A stretch of DNA of 64,000 nt from assembly GCA_013343275.1 (NCBI GenBank), contig CP046106.1:32001-96000 (forward strand), in the 5' to 3' direction. Below, in pieces: positions 27,571 to 36,527 of this stretch (the first letter of the stretch is position 1; each line of letters starts with the position of its first letter). This DNA comes from Candidatus Nanohaloarchaea archaeon. GTDB lineage: Archaea; Nanohalarchaeota; Nanosalinia; Nanosalinales; Nanosalinaceae. A program made the position numbers and the translations under genes. The notes beneath the pieces were generated by a model. The model saw nothing but the letters and a program-made list of their open reading frames with translations. It searched no databases and had not been told where the DNA came from.

Positions 27571-28761
27571 TTATTCCTTATCGATGATTTTTCCATAGCC
27601 GATAAGTCGCCATCTGGACCCTATTTGACGGGAAATAGCGATTCTGTCGTCTTCCTCGGCGCAGATAGGGACTTTCAGATCAAGTTTAACCTTCTTCCCG
27701 GCCTGCGTTACAATGCCTGCAGACTTCGAAGTTCCTGCGTTAAGCATCAATGGCTCGTTCTCCTTGATATTTTCGATCTCCTTCTCCTGCTCGGAACCAA
27801 CGGCTCGATCCATAAGGTTGACCTCTACGGTGATGTTCTCGGTCGTCTCTGGAAGAGTACCTTCTTCGCCCAGAATATTGCCTGAAAGACCGTCGGACTT
27901 AGCCATCGAAGGATCAAGATCTGTCTCGATTGCTAGAAGACCTCCTGGAGTCCCTTTCTCTACAGGCTGTCCTCCATGCATAATGCTTTTGATCTCAGTC
28001 TCTACCGTTCTCCATTCTTCGTCCTGATTGATTCCGGGACTGAGTTCGACTTTGTCACCGACCTCAAGCTCCCCTTCAACCAGTGAACCGCCTACTACCC
28101 CACCATGGAGGTCTTCGGGGCTTGTCCCTGGCTTGTTGATATCGAAGCTTCTGGCGACAAGCATCTTGCCGTCGGCCTCGAGATCTCTTTCAGGAGTAGG
28201 AATTTCCTCGTCGATTGCTTCAAGAAGTGCATCGATATTGATCTCCTGCTGAGCGCTGATAGGGATTACAGGGGCGTCTTCAGCTACTGAGCCCTCTACA
28301 AACTCCTGGATCTGTTCGTAGTTCTCACGGGCCTCTTCCTCTGAAACCAGATCGATCTTGTTCTGTACAATTACAATATTTTCTACTCCGATGATATCGA
28401 GCGCTGCAAGGTGTTCCCGGGTCTGAGGCTGAGGACATTCCTCATTGGCTGCGATAACTAGAATTGCACCGTCCATAATTGCAGCTCCGGAAAGAACGTT
28501 TGCCATCAGTGTTTCGTGGCCTGGAGCATCTACGAGAGAAACAGTTCTCTCTTCTTCGCCATTACTTTTTACATTCAGTTCGCCGTCTTCGTCTCTGTAG
28601 TATGTGATATCGGCGTATCCGATCTTGATAGTGATTCCTTTCTTCAGTTCTTCGCTGTGTTCATCAGTCCATTTTCCGGAAAGAGCTCTAGTTAAAGTAG
28701 TTTTTCCGTGGTCTACGTGACCTACAAGACCGATGTTAACTTCAGGTATTTGATCGCTCAT
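27571..28761 (-). CDS. eif2g: Translation initiation factor 2 subunit gamma (aIF2g)
   Basis: [35 protein letters not shown] and RWRLIGYG motifs. Confidence 0.98.
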   Translation of the reverse strand: MSDQIPEVNIGLVGHVDHGKTTLTRALSGKWTDEHSEELKKGITIKIGYADITYYRDEDGELNVKSNGEEERTVSLVDAPGHETLMANVLSGAAIMDGAILVIAANEECPQPQTREHLAALDIIGVENIVIVQNKIDLVSEEEARENYEQIQEFVEGSVAEDAPVIPISAQQEINIDALLEAIDEEIPTPERDLEADGKMLVARSFDINKPGTSPEDLHGGVVGGSLVEGELEVGDKVELSPGINQDEEWRTVETEIKSIMHGGQPVEKGTPGGLLAIETDLDPSMAKSDGLSGNILGEEGTLPETTENITVEVNLMDRAVGSEQEKEIENIKENEPLMLNAGTSKSAGIVTQAGKKVKLDLKVPICAEEDDRIAISRQIGSRWRLIGYGKIIDKE

Positions 28762-29074
28762 ATACTAAATCATCCTCGGAAACAGTTATAGTTCTCCCGC
28801 CAATTTCGACATCATAGTTTATCTGGCTCTGAGGAGAAAGACTGGTAAAGAAGTTTTCGAAAGGCCTAGTGTCGGTGACTACTACCTCTTCTTCGTTGTA
28901 CTGCTCTTTATCTCCTATGTATCTGGCAGTATCGCCTATCTCGTAATCCAGAAATAGTGCAGATTCTAGGCCGTCCTTTATTCCTATCTGATCGAAGAAG
29001 GCATCGGCCTTGTGGCCTTTATCCTCGATCTCGGAAAGTGCTGCATCAAGGTAGTACTCTGTGACTAGGCCCAT
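28742..29074 (-). CDS. Hypothetical protein between rps6e and eif2g
   Basis: 110-aa acidic ORF, co-oriented and overlapping the eif2g start. Confidence 0.65.
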   Translation of the reverse strand: MGLVTEYYLDAALSEIEDKGHKADAFFDQIGIKDGLESALFLDYEIGDTARYIGDKEQYNEEEVVVTDTRPFENFFTSLSPQSQINYDVEIGGRTITVSEDDLVYERSNT

Positions 29075-29080
29075 CTGGAT

Positions 29081-29458
29081 TTACTCTTCCTCTTCGTCTC
29101 CTTCAAGGATTTCCTCTACTGACTTGCTGCCTTCTTCAACTACTGTTGTGTTCAGCTGCTCGATCTGTCTTGAAACTGTTCTTCCCCGGACAGATTTTCT
29201 TTCTTTGGTTCCTTCTTCCTGTTTCTTTATCCCGGAACCGTCTTCGATTAGAACTCTCTGTCTTTCGGAGCCTTCGATGCTTTTTCTCATCGGGAAGCCT
29301 GCTTTGTCGGATCCTCCTGTAATCTTCAGAGTATATCCTGGAACATCGACTAGGCCTCCATCGATTTCGTCTCCGACCTCTTTTCCGATTAGCTGAGAAC
29401 TGTCTTCTACTTCGGTTTGAAATGTTTCGCCGTCTTTAGTACCAATTGTAACTTTCAT
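29081..29458 (-). CDS. rps6e: 30S ribosomal protein S6e
   Basis: LIGKEVGDEIDG, GYTLKITGGSDKAGFPMR, RKSVRG and QLN; start at ATG 29458. Confidence 0.96.
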   Translation of the reverse strand: MKVTIGTKDGETFQTEVEDSSQLIGKEVGDEIDGGLVDVPGYTLKITGGSDKAGFPMRKSIEGSERQRVLIEDGSGIKKQEEGTKERKSVRGRTVSRQIEQLNTTVVEEGSKSVEEILEGDEEEE

Positions 29459-29470
29459 TGATTGTTTCAC

Positions 29471-29558
29471 CTGCTCAGTCCATTCGCACCGGCGTAAAGG
29501 CCGTTGCTGTTAACGCCACTTCTGATGGAAGGACGATAGTTTCCGAGCAAGAACTATT
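29471..29558 (-). promoter_or_regulatory. Putative structured 5' leader of the rps6e operon
   Basis: Nested complementary blocks TGCTCG/TGAGCA, GTCC-TTC/GAA-T-GGAC, CATC/GGTG and GGCGT/ACGCC, plus an alternative stem ATAGTT/AACTAT. It ends at the AGGTGA RBS. Confidence 0.4.
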
Positions 29559-29631
29559 TAGGCAGAAACTTTTTTGAATCCAAAAACCTTTGACCCTGAG
29601 TTTTTATTCAACTAAAACCCTAACCAGTGAT

Positions 29632-31056
29632 ATGAGGGCCTCAGTAATCTCCCAGATAATAGGAAGGTTTCTACAGGTCTTCGCTGTGGTGATTGCAGCT
29701 CCTGTAGCGGTTGCGATGTACTATGGGGAGGCCACAGTACAGTCATTTCTCTTCGCATCTGCATCTGCAATGGTTGTAGGAATGTTTCTCTCATATGTAG
29801 GTTCTTCTAGTGAGCCTACTACTTCTGAAGCTCTCTACGCTACAGTAATGGGTTGGTTTATAGCAGTGTTTGTCGGTGCAATACCGCTCCTGGGGTATAT
29901 GACAATGATGAATGCCGTATTTGAGGCTACGGCGGGCCTAACTACTACTGGGATTTCCATGTTGCTGGCGCCTGAGGTGTTACCTAAATCTATCCTTTTC
30001 TGGAGGGCGTTCATGCAGTGGGTAGGAGGTCTTGGAATACTTACTTTCTTCATAGCAGTCATCCGTGAATCCGGAGGTATCTCCAGAAGGCTTTTCTCTG
30101 CAGAGGCCCATAAGACAGATCCTGGGAGCATAAGACCGTCTCTAAAGAAATCGATAATAGAGCTCTGGAGGGTATATGGATTCCTCACTATGCTGATAAT
30201 AGGTATATATATAGGCCTTGGAATGTCGGTATTCAACTCATTCGCCCACGCATTTACTGCAATATCTACGGGCGGCTTCTCGACTGTAGGAGCCAGCATG
30301 GCAGCCTTCTCAGCACAGGTTCAGGCAGCAACAGTACTGTTCATGTTTGTAGGAGGAGTCAACTTCGTTCTGCTGTACAGATTTCTGAGAGCAGATGTCA
30401 GGCCTCTATGGGAGAACTCCGAGTTCAAACTCTACACACTAATCTTCCTCGTCATAACAGGAATAATGGGGATCGAACTCCTCGGCAAGGGAATGGCTCC
30501 GGCCTCCGCACTTCTTAACTCCTCCTTCACCTCCGCTTCAGTGCTATCATCCACAGGCTTTGCTACAGTAGGAGTTACATCTCTCTCGGTAGCACTCCAG
30601 GCCCTTTTCCTCGGAGGAATGTTTGTAGGAGGTTCTCTGGGATCTACCGCAGGAGGTATAAAGATCTTCCGGCTGAAAGCAATGTTTGAACTGGTTAAAA
30701 CTCGTGTAAAGGGTTATTCTCTGCCAGAAACTGCTATAAATGAGGCCAAGATCGATGGAGAGATACTTTCGGGCTCTGTGGTTAGAACTATCTCGGTACT
30801 GTTCTTTGTATGGATATCAGTCATATTTGTTGCTACTCTGGGCGTGCTGGCTGTGGAGGACGTAAGCTTCATGGCTGCTCTCTCTGGAACTATCTCTGCA
30901 GCAGGTAACATGGGTCCTGTGTACATGGCTGGTGAGAATATGGTCGCACTGTCGCCTGTAACTAAAAGCATCTGGGTGGTCGTCATGCTTGCGGGCAGAT
31001 TGGAGATGCTTCCTTTGCTTGCATTATTTAATAAGAGAATTCTCAAAAACAAGTAG
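29632..31056 (+). CDS. trkH: TrkH potassium uptake membrane subunit
   Basis: FEATAGLTTTG, WVGGLGI, AISTGGFS, SSTGF, GGSLGSTAGGIKIFR, GNMGP and MLAGRLE motifs. Confidence 0.95.
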   Translation: MRASVISQIIGRFLQVFAVVIAAPVAVAMYYGEATVQSFLFASASAMVVGMFLSYVGSSSEPTTSEALYATVMGWFIAVFVGAIPLLGYMTMMNAVFEATAGLTTTGISMLLAPEVLPKSILFWRAFMQWVGGLGILTFFIAVIRESGGISRRLFSAEAHKTDPGSIRPSLKKSIIELWRVYGFLTMLIIGIYIGLGMSVFNSFAHAFTAISTGGFSTVGASMAAFSAQVQAATVLFMFVGGVNFVLLYRFLRADVRPLWENSEFKLYTLIFLVITGIMGIELLGKGMAPASALLNSSFTSASVLSSTGFATVGVTSLSVALQALFLGGMFVGGSLGSTAGGIKIFRLKAMFELVKTRVKGYSLPETAINEAKIDGEILSGSVVRTISVLFFVWISVIFVATLGVLAVEDVSFMAALSGTISAAGNMGPVYMAGENMVALSPVTKSIWVVVMLAGRLEMLPLLALFNKRILKNK

Positions 31057-31058
31057 AG

Positions 31059-31718
31059 ATGTACGTAGTCATAGCTGGAATCAACACTCTGTCGAAAAGA
31101 CTGGTCGAAAGACTGGAAGGAAGACACGATATAGTAGCAATAGACGCAGACGAAGACAAATGCGAAAGACTCTACTCTTCGTCAGGTGCAACAGTCATAA
31201 ATAAGGCTCCGACCACGTTATCCGCACTGGAAGATGCAGGTATTACACAGGCCGATGTACTTATATCTACATTGAAAGACGACAACCAGAACATGGTCGT
31301 ATGCTCTCTAGGCAAAAAGTATGGTGTGCCAAAAGTCGTTTCGAAACTGGAAGACGAAGAATACTTTGAAGCATTCCAGATAATCGGTGCAGAAACAATA
31401 GGCGACACAGATATACTTCTATCCGAGTTCCTATCATCTGTAGAACATCCCTACCTCGTCAAACTTGCAAACCTGTCTAACGACAGGGAGATACTGAAAG
31501 CCTCCATCAGAGAGGACTCTAGTCTCGCAGGATCAACGGTGAAGGAAATGAAGAGCATGAAACACTTCCCTGTGGACTTCCAGCTTACATCAATAGTGAA
31601 GCCGGAAGACACGCTGAAGGCACAGCAAGATATTGAGCTGGAGGAAGAGGACCAGCTCGTGCTTATAGGCCCTGAGGATAAAAAAGAAAAGCTAGATAAG
31701 TTCTTCCAGGACCAGTAA
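31059..31718 (+). CDS. trkA: TrkA-family RCK regulatory subunit
   Basis: MYVVIAG, VAIDAD, LEDAGITQADVLI, DNQN and a TrkA-C tail; follows trkH. The GxGxxG motif is degenerate (GINTLS). Confidence 0.9.
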   Translation: MYVVIAGINTLSKRLVERLEGRHDIVAIDADEDKCERLYSSSGATVINKAPTTLSALEDAGITQADVLISTLKDDNQNMVVCSLGKKYGVPKVVSKLEDEEYFEAFQIIGAETIGDTDILLSEFLSSVEHPYLVKLANLSNDREILKASIREDSSLAGSTVKEMKSMKHFPVDFQLTSIVKPEDTLKAQQDIELEEEDQLVLIGPEDKKEKLDKFFQDQ

Positions 31719-31723
31719 TTGAT

Positions 31724-31864
31724 ATGAAACTACGAGACAAGCTGAAGAAAGCAGTCAAGAAGAAAGCCTGGAATACAGGTAAGAAGGCCGGAAAGAGCTA
31801 CCTGAAATACAAAGCTGTTTCCTACGGCTGGAAAAAGCTTAGGAAGAAAGTTAAGAAGAATTAA
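31724..31864 (+). CDS. Putative 46-aa highly cationic peptide (MKLRDKLKKAVKKKAWNTGKKAGKSYLKYKAVSYGWKKLRKKVKKN)
   Basis: Manual translation. It starts 5 nt after the trkA stop, its stop overlaps the nrtR stop and it fills the intergenic space; 18 K, 2 R, 1 D. Confidence 0.6.
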   Translation: MKLRDKLKKAVKKKAWNTGKKAGKSYLKYKAVSYGWKKLRKKVKKN

Positions 31865-32607
31865 AGAATTTCAACTATTTCCCCAACTTCCTTATTCGCA
31901 CGGTAAAGCTTGGCAGGCCTATGCGACACATTTTCCTCTCGTTCACCGGTCTCTTCAACTAATTCGTGTTTATGGATCTTCTTCCGGAAGTTCCTCTTAT
32001 CAAGTTCTCTGTCAAGTATTACTTCGTAAGTGTTCTGCAACTGGCTTAACGTAAACTTTTCAGGAAGTAGAGAAAATACTGCTGTCGAATACTCCAGCTT
32101 CCACCTCAGTCTCTTCACAGCGTATTCTATAATGTCCTCGTGGTCGAAACCGAGTTCCGGGAGATCGTATGCCGAGTGCCATTCGATGGCCTCAACATCT
32201 TCGGTCTCCTGAAGCTCTACATCTTCACGATGCACCAGTGCAAAGTATCCGACCGTGATTACACGGGTACGTGGATCTCTATCCGGCTCTCCGAACGTGT
32301 AGAGCTGTTCCATGTATACGTCGTCAGAGACTCCTGTCTTGTTGTGCAAAGTTCTCTCCGCCGCATCCTCCAGAGACTCCTCCATATCCACGAAGCTACC
32401 TGGCAAGGCCCATTTTCCCTCGAAAGGCCATCTCTGCCTTTTAATCAATGCGACCTTCAGATCATCGTCCTTCACTGTAAAGATGATATCGTCGACAGTA
32501 ACAGAAGGATGTTCAAACTCGTCAGGGTCGTAGTCTTCCGGGTTGTCGCCGTATTCTTCGCTGACGTTCTCGCTGTGTTTAGTGGAAGGCATATCTTCGT
32601 GTCTCAT
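31861..32607 (-). CDS. nrtR: NrtR family regulator (NUDIX plus winged HTH)
   Basis: PSVTVD, GKWALPGSFV..EESLEDAAER, EQLYTFGEPDRDPRTRVITV, LGFDH, FTLSQLQ..YE, DKRNFRKK and RPAKLY motifs. Confidence 0.93.
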   Translation of the reverse strand: MRHEDMPSTKHSENVSEEYGDNPEDYDPDEFEHPSVTVDDIIFTVKDDDLKVALIKRQRWPFEGKWALPGSFVDMEESLEDAAERTLHNKTGVSDDVYMEQLYTFGEPDRDPRTRVITVGYFALVHREDVELQETEDVEAIEWHSAYDLPELGFDHEDIIEYAVKRLRWKLEYSTAVFSLLPEKFTLSQLQNTYEVILDRELDKRNFRKKIHKHELVEETGEREENVSHRPAKLYRANKEVGEIVEIL

Positions 32608-32635
32608 CTACAATAATTTAACAGTTCCGGAGCCC

Positions 32636-33097
32636 TCAGTCATAGAAAAAACTGGACTCCGGAATCTCATCTTCTCTCATCCTTCTATGCAACTTCCTGA
32701 AAAATCCCTGGCTATCACGCTCACCAACCAGATACTCGTCCTCGATATCCAGAGGCTCCTCATAGGAATCCCAGCTACCAGGCCACAGCCACATATCATC
32801 ACCACTGTAGCCAGATTCACCACTCCGGGAAACATTCCGGGCCTCAACACCTTCAGAAGTCAGGACTTCATCAAAGCTGTACTTGCCTCCACGACCTGTC
32901 TCAGTCGAACACATCAAAGTATAGGCCTCGTCCTCACCAAGATCGTCCTGAATACTGTACAGAGCCATGATCACGGAATCCTCAACTTTCTGCTGTTCCT
33001 CCATGATATCGGCCTCCAGCCTTCTTTTCTCCTGGTGCAGAGACTCCAGTTCATCGTAGGTTTCCTCGGCACCTTCCAGAAGCTCGGCAACACTCAC
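32636..33097 (-). CDS. Hypothetical protein inside the NAD salvage operon
   Basis: 153-aa acidic ORF with an N-terminal coiled coil; overlaps the pncA stop by 4 nt. Confidence 0.7.
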   Translation of the reverse strand: MSVAELLEGAEETYDELESLHQEKRRLEADIMEEQQKVEDSVIMALYSIQDDLGEDEAYTLMCSTETGRGGKYSFDEVLTSEGVEARNVSRSGESGYSGDDMWLWPGSWDSYEEPLDIEDEYLVGERDSQGFFRKLHRRMREDEIPESSFFYD

Positions 33098-33822
33098 AGA
33101 ACACCACCTTCCAGGTATTCATTCAGGCCTTCGGTAGTTCCTATTGTAGCACCCTTATCCTCCCATCTGTTGATCGCTTCAGCAGAGTTGTCGGGATCAA
33201 TACCTTTTACTGCATCCTCAACTACGTAAACATCAACTCCCTGATCCATAAGACCTTCTACCGCGTAATCCACACAGACATCTGTTGCAACACCGTAGAC
33301 CACGGCGCGGTCCGGATCAAGAGTCTCAACCAGCTGCTCTGCATGAGGAGACTCTGGCTCGCCAGCGAAAACATCGAAAGCGTCCTTATACAGCACGAAA
33401 TCTCCTTCATGCTCCATGACTTCGGCCCAGTCAGCATCTTCACGCCAGTCTATCTCCATAGGATTTTCGGGCTGTGTAGCCGGGACGTACTCTGCACCTT
33501 CCGATCCTGCAAGACAGTGCGGAGGGAAGGTCTCTTCGAAATCCGGATCCTCCGAGAACTCGGCCGAGTCCTTGTTGTGGTAATCGGCAGTGTTGACAAC
33601 ACGAATACCATTGGCTCGGGCTGTCCGGGTTACTTCTGCCAGTGCATCCTCGATATCCTCTGCTCCCTCGCCTTCTCCGACAGGAAGATTTCCGTCAGGC
33701 CTCATGAAGTCGTACTGCGTATCGACGTTCCAGAAGATCGTATCGTCTCCGTAAGCTGCGGCATCCGATCCGCTCAACGCTCTACCACCGTCAGGCCTTA
33801 CCTCGAAGCTTTCTGCACTCAT
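33094..33822 (-). CDS. pncA: Nicotinamidase (isochorismatase family)
   Basis: VDTQYDFM..GNL, DYH, FPPHC, K and YGVATDVCV motifs; next to pncB and nrtR. Confidence 0.9.
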   Translation of the reverse strand: MSAESFEVRPDGGRALSGSDAAAYGDDTIFWNVDTQYDFMRPDGNLPVGEGEGAEDIEDALAEVTRTARANGIRVVNTADYHNKDSAEFSEDPDFEETFPPHCLAGSEGAEYVPATQPENPMEIDWREDADWAEVMEHEGDFVLYKDAFDVFAGEPESPHAEQLVETLDPDRAVVYGVATDVCVDYAVEGLMDQGVDVYVVEDAVKGIDPDNSAEAINRWEDKGATIGTTEGLNEYLEGGVL

Positions 33823-34977
33823 CTAAATCACCTGCCTCATCTGATCTTCTACGTATTCGTCCATTGCCTCGGCATCGGCCTCACGGCCAACCTTCGAGAA
33901 CTCTTCGCCGTCAACCTCGTAGATATCCGCTGTAGCGTATATTCCATCGGAGAAGGCCCCGGCACCGACAGCATCGAACAGTTTCTCACCGTTCTCTTCC
34001 TCGTACTCGAGGTTGGCCTGGTGGAAGGCCTCAGCTTTCTTCGGGTTTCCGAATCCGCTGGAAAGTACGATTTCTGCATCATCGTAGCCGTTCTCAACGA
34101 GTGCATCTTTCAGGGCCTTCACTGACTCTATCCTGACACCTGTACCTGTCTCGTAGGGTTCGGCCTCCGGATCGAATTCTCGGCCTCCCTGAGCAATGTT
34201 TTCTCCACAGGTATCGACTCTGAAACCGTATTCAACGTCTCGATTCTCGAAGTATTCTGCGGTCTCCAGTGCATCATCTATCTCCTGGTTCCAGGTATCA
34301 ACCAGAGTGGTCCTCGGGATATCCTCATCCATGTGTTCGTCGAAAAGTTCTGCAGTCTTCCTCGTCGCATTATCCTCACCGTATTCTTCGCCAAGCATAA
34401 TTGTCAGTGCGTGTGGGGTTGTCCCGACACCTTCCTCACCGAAAGTAGCTGCCCCAACATCTGTAGAGGTGGCAACCGCGCCGTTGTCGTAGGCTGCTCT
34501 CGCAAGATCGGCGGTATCACTCCAGTGGTAGTGTCTGGCACCGAACTCCAGCAACGGAACATCGTAGATATCGGTAACCTCCCCAACGGCCTCGCCAAAC
34601 TCCTCGGGATCAACAGTTTCGTGTTCTGGATGGGCCGCAGTCAATCCATGCGAGACAGCTCCGAGATACATAGTTTCAAGATCGATGACGTCCTGTGCGG
34701 GCCCTTTCAACACCATCAAAGGATCCTTGGTTTCGAACTCATCGGCCTCGGTAACATGTAACTCGGTCTCATCGCTTTCCGAGTACTTTTCCACTATGGC
34801 CTCGGCCTCTTCCAGGCCTGCGACTTCTCCCTCACCTCTCGCAAATACTTTTACCGCAACTTCCGGGTTCAGGCCTTCTTTTTCCAGGATTTCTTTCGAT
34901 CTCAGAAAGTACTTGTCTGTGAATTTTTCGTGGTTTTCCGGCAGTTCAAACTTTCCAGTGGTCTGTGTTGTGCTCAT
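33823..34977 (-). CDS. pncB: Nicotinate phosphoribosyltransferase
   Basis: TDKYF, EFGARH, GTTPHAL, LVDT, RVDT and SSGF motifs; operon context. Confidence 0.88.
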   Translation of the reverse strand: MSTTQTTGKFELPENHEKFTDKYFLRSKEILEKEGLNPEVAVKVFARGEGEVAGLEEAEAIVEKYSESDETELHVTEADEFETKDPLMVLKGPAQDVIDLETMYLGAVSHGLTAAHPEHETVDPEEFGEAVGEVTDIYDVPLLEFGARHYHWSDTADLARAAYDNGAVATSTDVGAATFGEEGVGTTPHALTIMLGEEYGEDNATRKTAELFDEHMDEDIPRTTLVDTWNQEIDDALETAEYFENRDVEYGFRVDTCGENIAQGGREFDPEAEPYETGTGVRIESVKALKDALVENGYDDAEIVLSSGFGNPKKAEAFHQANLEYEEENGEKLFDAVGAGAFSDGIYATADIYEVDGEEFSKVGREADAEAMDEYVEDQMRQVI

Positions 34978-34990
34978 TGAATACACCTTT

Positions 34991-35005
34991 TTGTTGTTTT
35001 TACAA
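34991..35005. promoter_or_regulatory. Putative NrtR operator 1 (TTGT-N7-ACAA)
   Basis: TTGTTGTTTTTACAA has the GT-N7-AC core described for NrtR sites and lies just upstream of pncB. Confidence 0.65.
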
Positions 35006-35046
35006 TAACCTTATCGAATATTTCACACTAAGCTTTTAAATAGATT

Positions 35047-35061
35047 TTGTTGATTCTACAC
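35047..35061. promoter_or_regulatory. Putative NrtR operator 2 (TTGT-N7-ACAC)
   Basis: TTGTTGATTCTACAC is an imperfect repeat of site 1. The two sites flank a TTTAAA TATA-like box at about 35035-35040. Confidence 0.55.
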
Positions 35062-35105
35062 AAAGGGTTGTTTGTTTCAAAAGACTCGGCGAACAAAACT
35101 CAGGT

Positions 35106-36527
35106 ATGACTGCGATAGTCTGGATCAGAAGAAGCCTCAGGGAACACGACAACACAGCGCTAGTAGAGGCCTTGGAAGAGCATGAAAGAGTAATTCCGTT
35201 CTACGTAGTTGATGAAAACTACTTCTCCAATGCAGCTCTAGGCTATCCAAGAGTGAAGTTCTGGCATGACTCTCTGGAAGAACTGAAGGATAACCTCGCC
35301 AACCAGGAGCAGAAAGATCTAGTTATAAGGGAGGGAAGTCCTGTAGATGAGCTTGAAAAGATTGTAGAGGAGGCCGATGCAGATGCAGTCTACCACAACA
35401 AAGATTACTCGCCGTATGCAAGAGAAAGAGATGAGAAAGCAGCTGAGAAGCTGGATGTGCCGGTCAACAGTTTCAAAGATATCGTAATGTTTGAGGAAAA
35501 AGAGATTCTTACTAACTCGGATACTCCGTACAAGGTATACACTTACTACAGCAAGAAATGGTTCGAAAAAGAGAAGAGAAGGCCTCGGGAAGTAAAGGAC
35601 TATACTACTCCGGATATAGAATCTGATGAAATCCCTTCTCTGGAAGAACTAGGCTATGAGAAACCGGAAGATTTTACCTGGGAATGGAAACCCGGGAGAG
35701 AAGGAGCAAAGGAGAGACTTGAGGCCTTCAAGGAAAAAATCTGGAACTACGATGAGAATCGGGATTATGCCTGGAAAGACTCTACCTCGAAACTTTCTCC
35801 ACATCTCAAGTTTGGAACAGTCAGTATCAGAGAGGTTTTCTGGGAGGCCGAAAGACTGAAGGCCCGCAACCCTGACGCTGATACTTCCGGCATCAAGACA
35901 TGGCAGGAGGAATTGGCTTGGAGAGACTTCTACATGCAGGTACTGTATAATTGGCCAGAAACTGTTGAGAAGCCGTTCCTCGAACAGTACGAGGATATTG
36001 AGTGGAGGTCGAAGGAAGAGGCTGAGGAGGACTGGAAGGCCTTCATCAATGGGAAAACCGGTTATCCTTTCGTAGATGCAGGGATGAGGCAGCTAAAGAA
36101 AACTGGATGGATGCACAACAGGCTTCGAATGGTTGTCACAAGTTTTGCATGTAAAGATCTCTGGCTGGACTGGAAAGACCTACACGAATATTTCAAGAAA
36201 ATGTTTGTAGACGCAGAAAAGGCCTCGATGATTGGAGGGATACAGTGGGCCTACTCAATCGGTACCGACGCCCAGCCATACTTCAGAGTATTCAATCCTT
36301 TCTCCCAGGGAGAGGACTACGACCCTGACGGTGAGTACATCCGTAAATGGGTGCCAGAACTTTCAGAAGTGCCTGACGAGGATATCCATAGGCCTCACGA
36401 AATGAGCGAGGAGAAACAGGCAGAGTGTGGTGTGGAGATAGGCGAGGACTATCCGAAGCCGATTGTCGATCACGGTGAGAAAAGAGAGGAGGCCATCGAA
36501 AAGTTTGAGGAAGCTAGAGAGGATTAG
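35106..36527 (+). CDS. phr: Deoxyribodipyrimidine photolyase (class I CPD photolyase family)
   Basis: WIRRSLREHDN, TSKLSPHLKFG, ELAWRDFY, GKTGYPFVDAGMRQL, GWMHNRLRM, AQPYFRVFNP and YPKPIVDH motifs. Confidence 0.96.
   Translation: MTAIVWIRRSLREHDNTALVEALEEHERVIPFYVVDENYFSNAALGYPRVKFWHDSLEELKDNLANQEQKDLVIREGSPVDELEKIVEEADADAVYHNKDYSPYARERDEKAAEKLDVPVNSFKDIVMFEEKEILTNSDTPYKVYTYYSKKWFEKEKRRPREVKDYTTPDIESDEIPSLEELGYEKPEDFTWEWKPGREGAKERLEAFKEKIWNYDENRDYAWKDSTSKLSPHLKFGTVSIREVFWEAERLKARNPDADTSGIKTWQEELAWRDFYMQVLYNWPETVEKPFLEQYEDIEWRSKEEAEEDWKAFINGKTGYPFVDAGMRQLKKTGWMHNRLRMVVTSFACKDLWLDWKDLHEYFKKMFVDAEKASMIGGIQWAYSIGTDAQPYFRVFNPFSQGEDYDPDGEYIRKWVPELSEVPDEDIHRPHEMSEEKQAECGVEIGEDYPKPIVDHGEKREEAIEKFEEARED

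Noticed and set aside
33343-34125. 260-aa plus-strand ORF and similar long antisense ORFs (e.g. 17941-18573, 18846-19427, 32543-33229, 56325-56972)
   Set aside because: They are shadows of well-supported genes on the opposite strand, with Ser-rich or otherwise atypical composition and no motifs.
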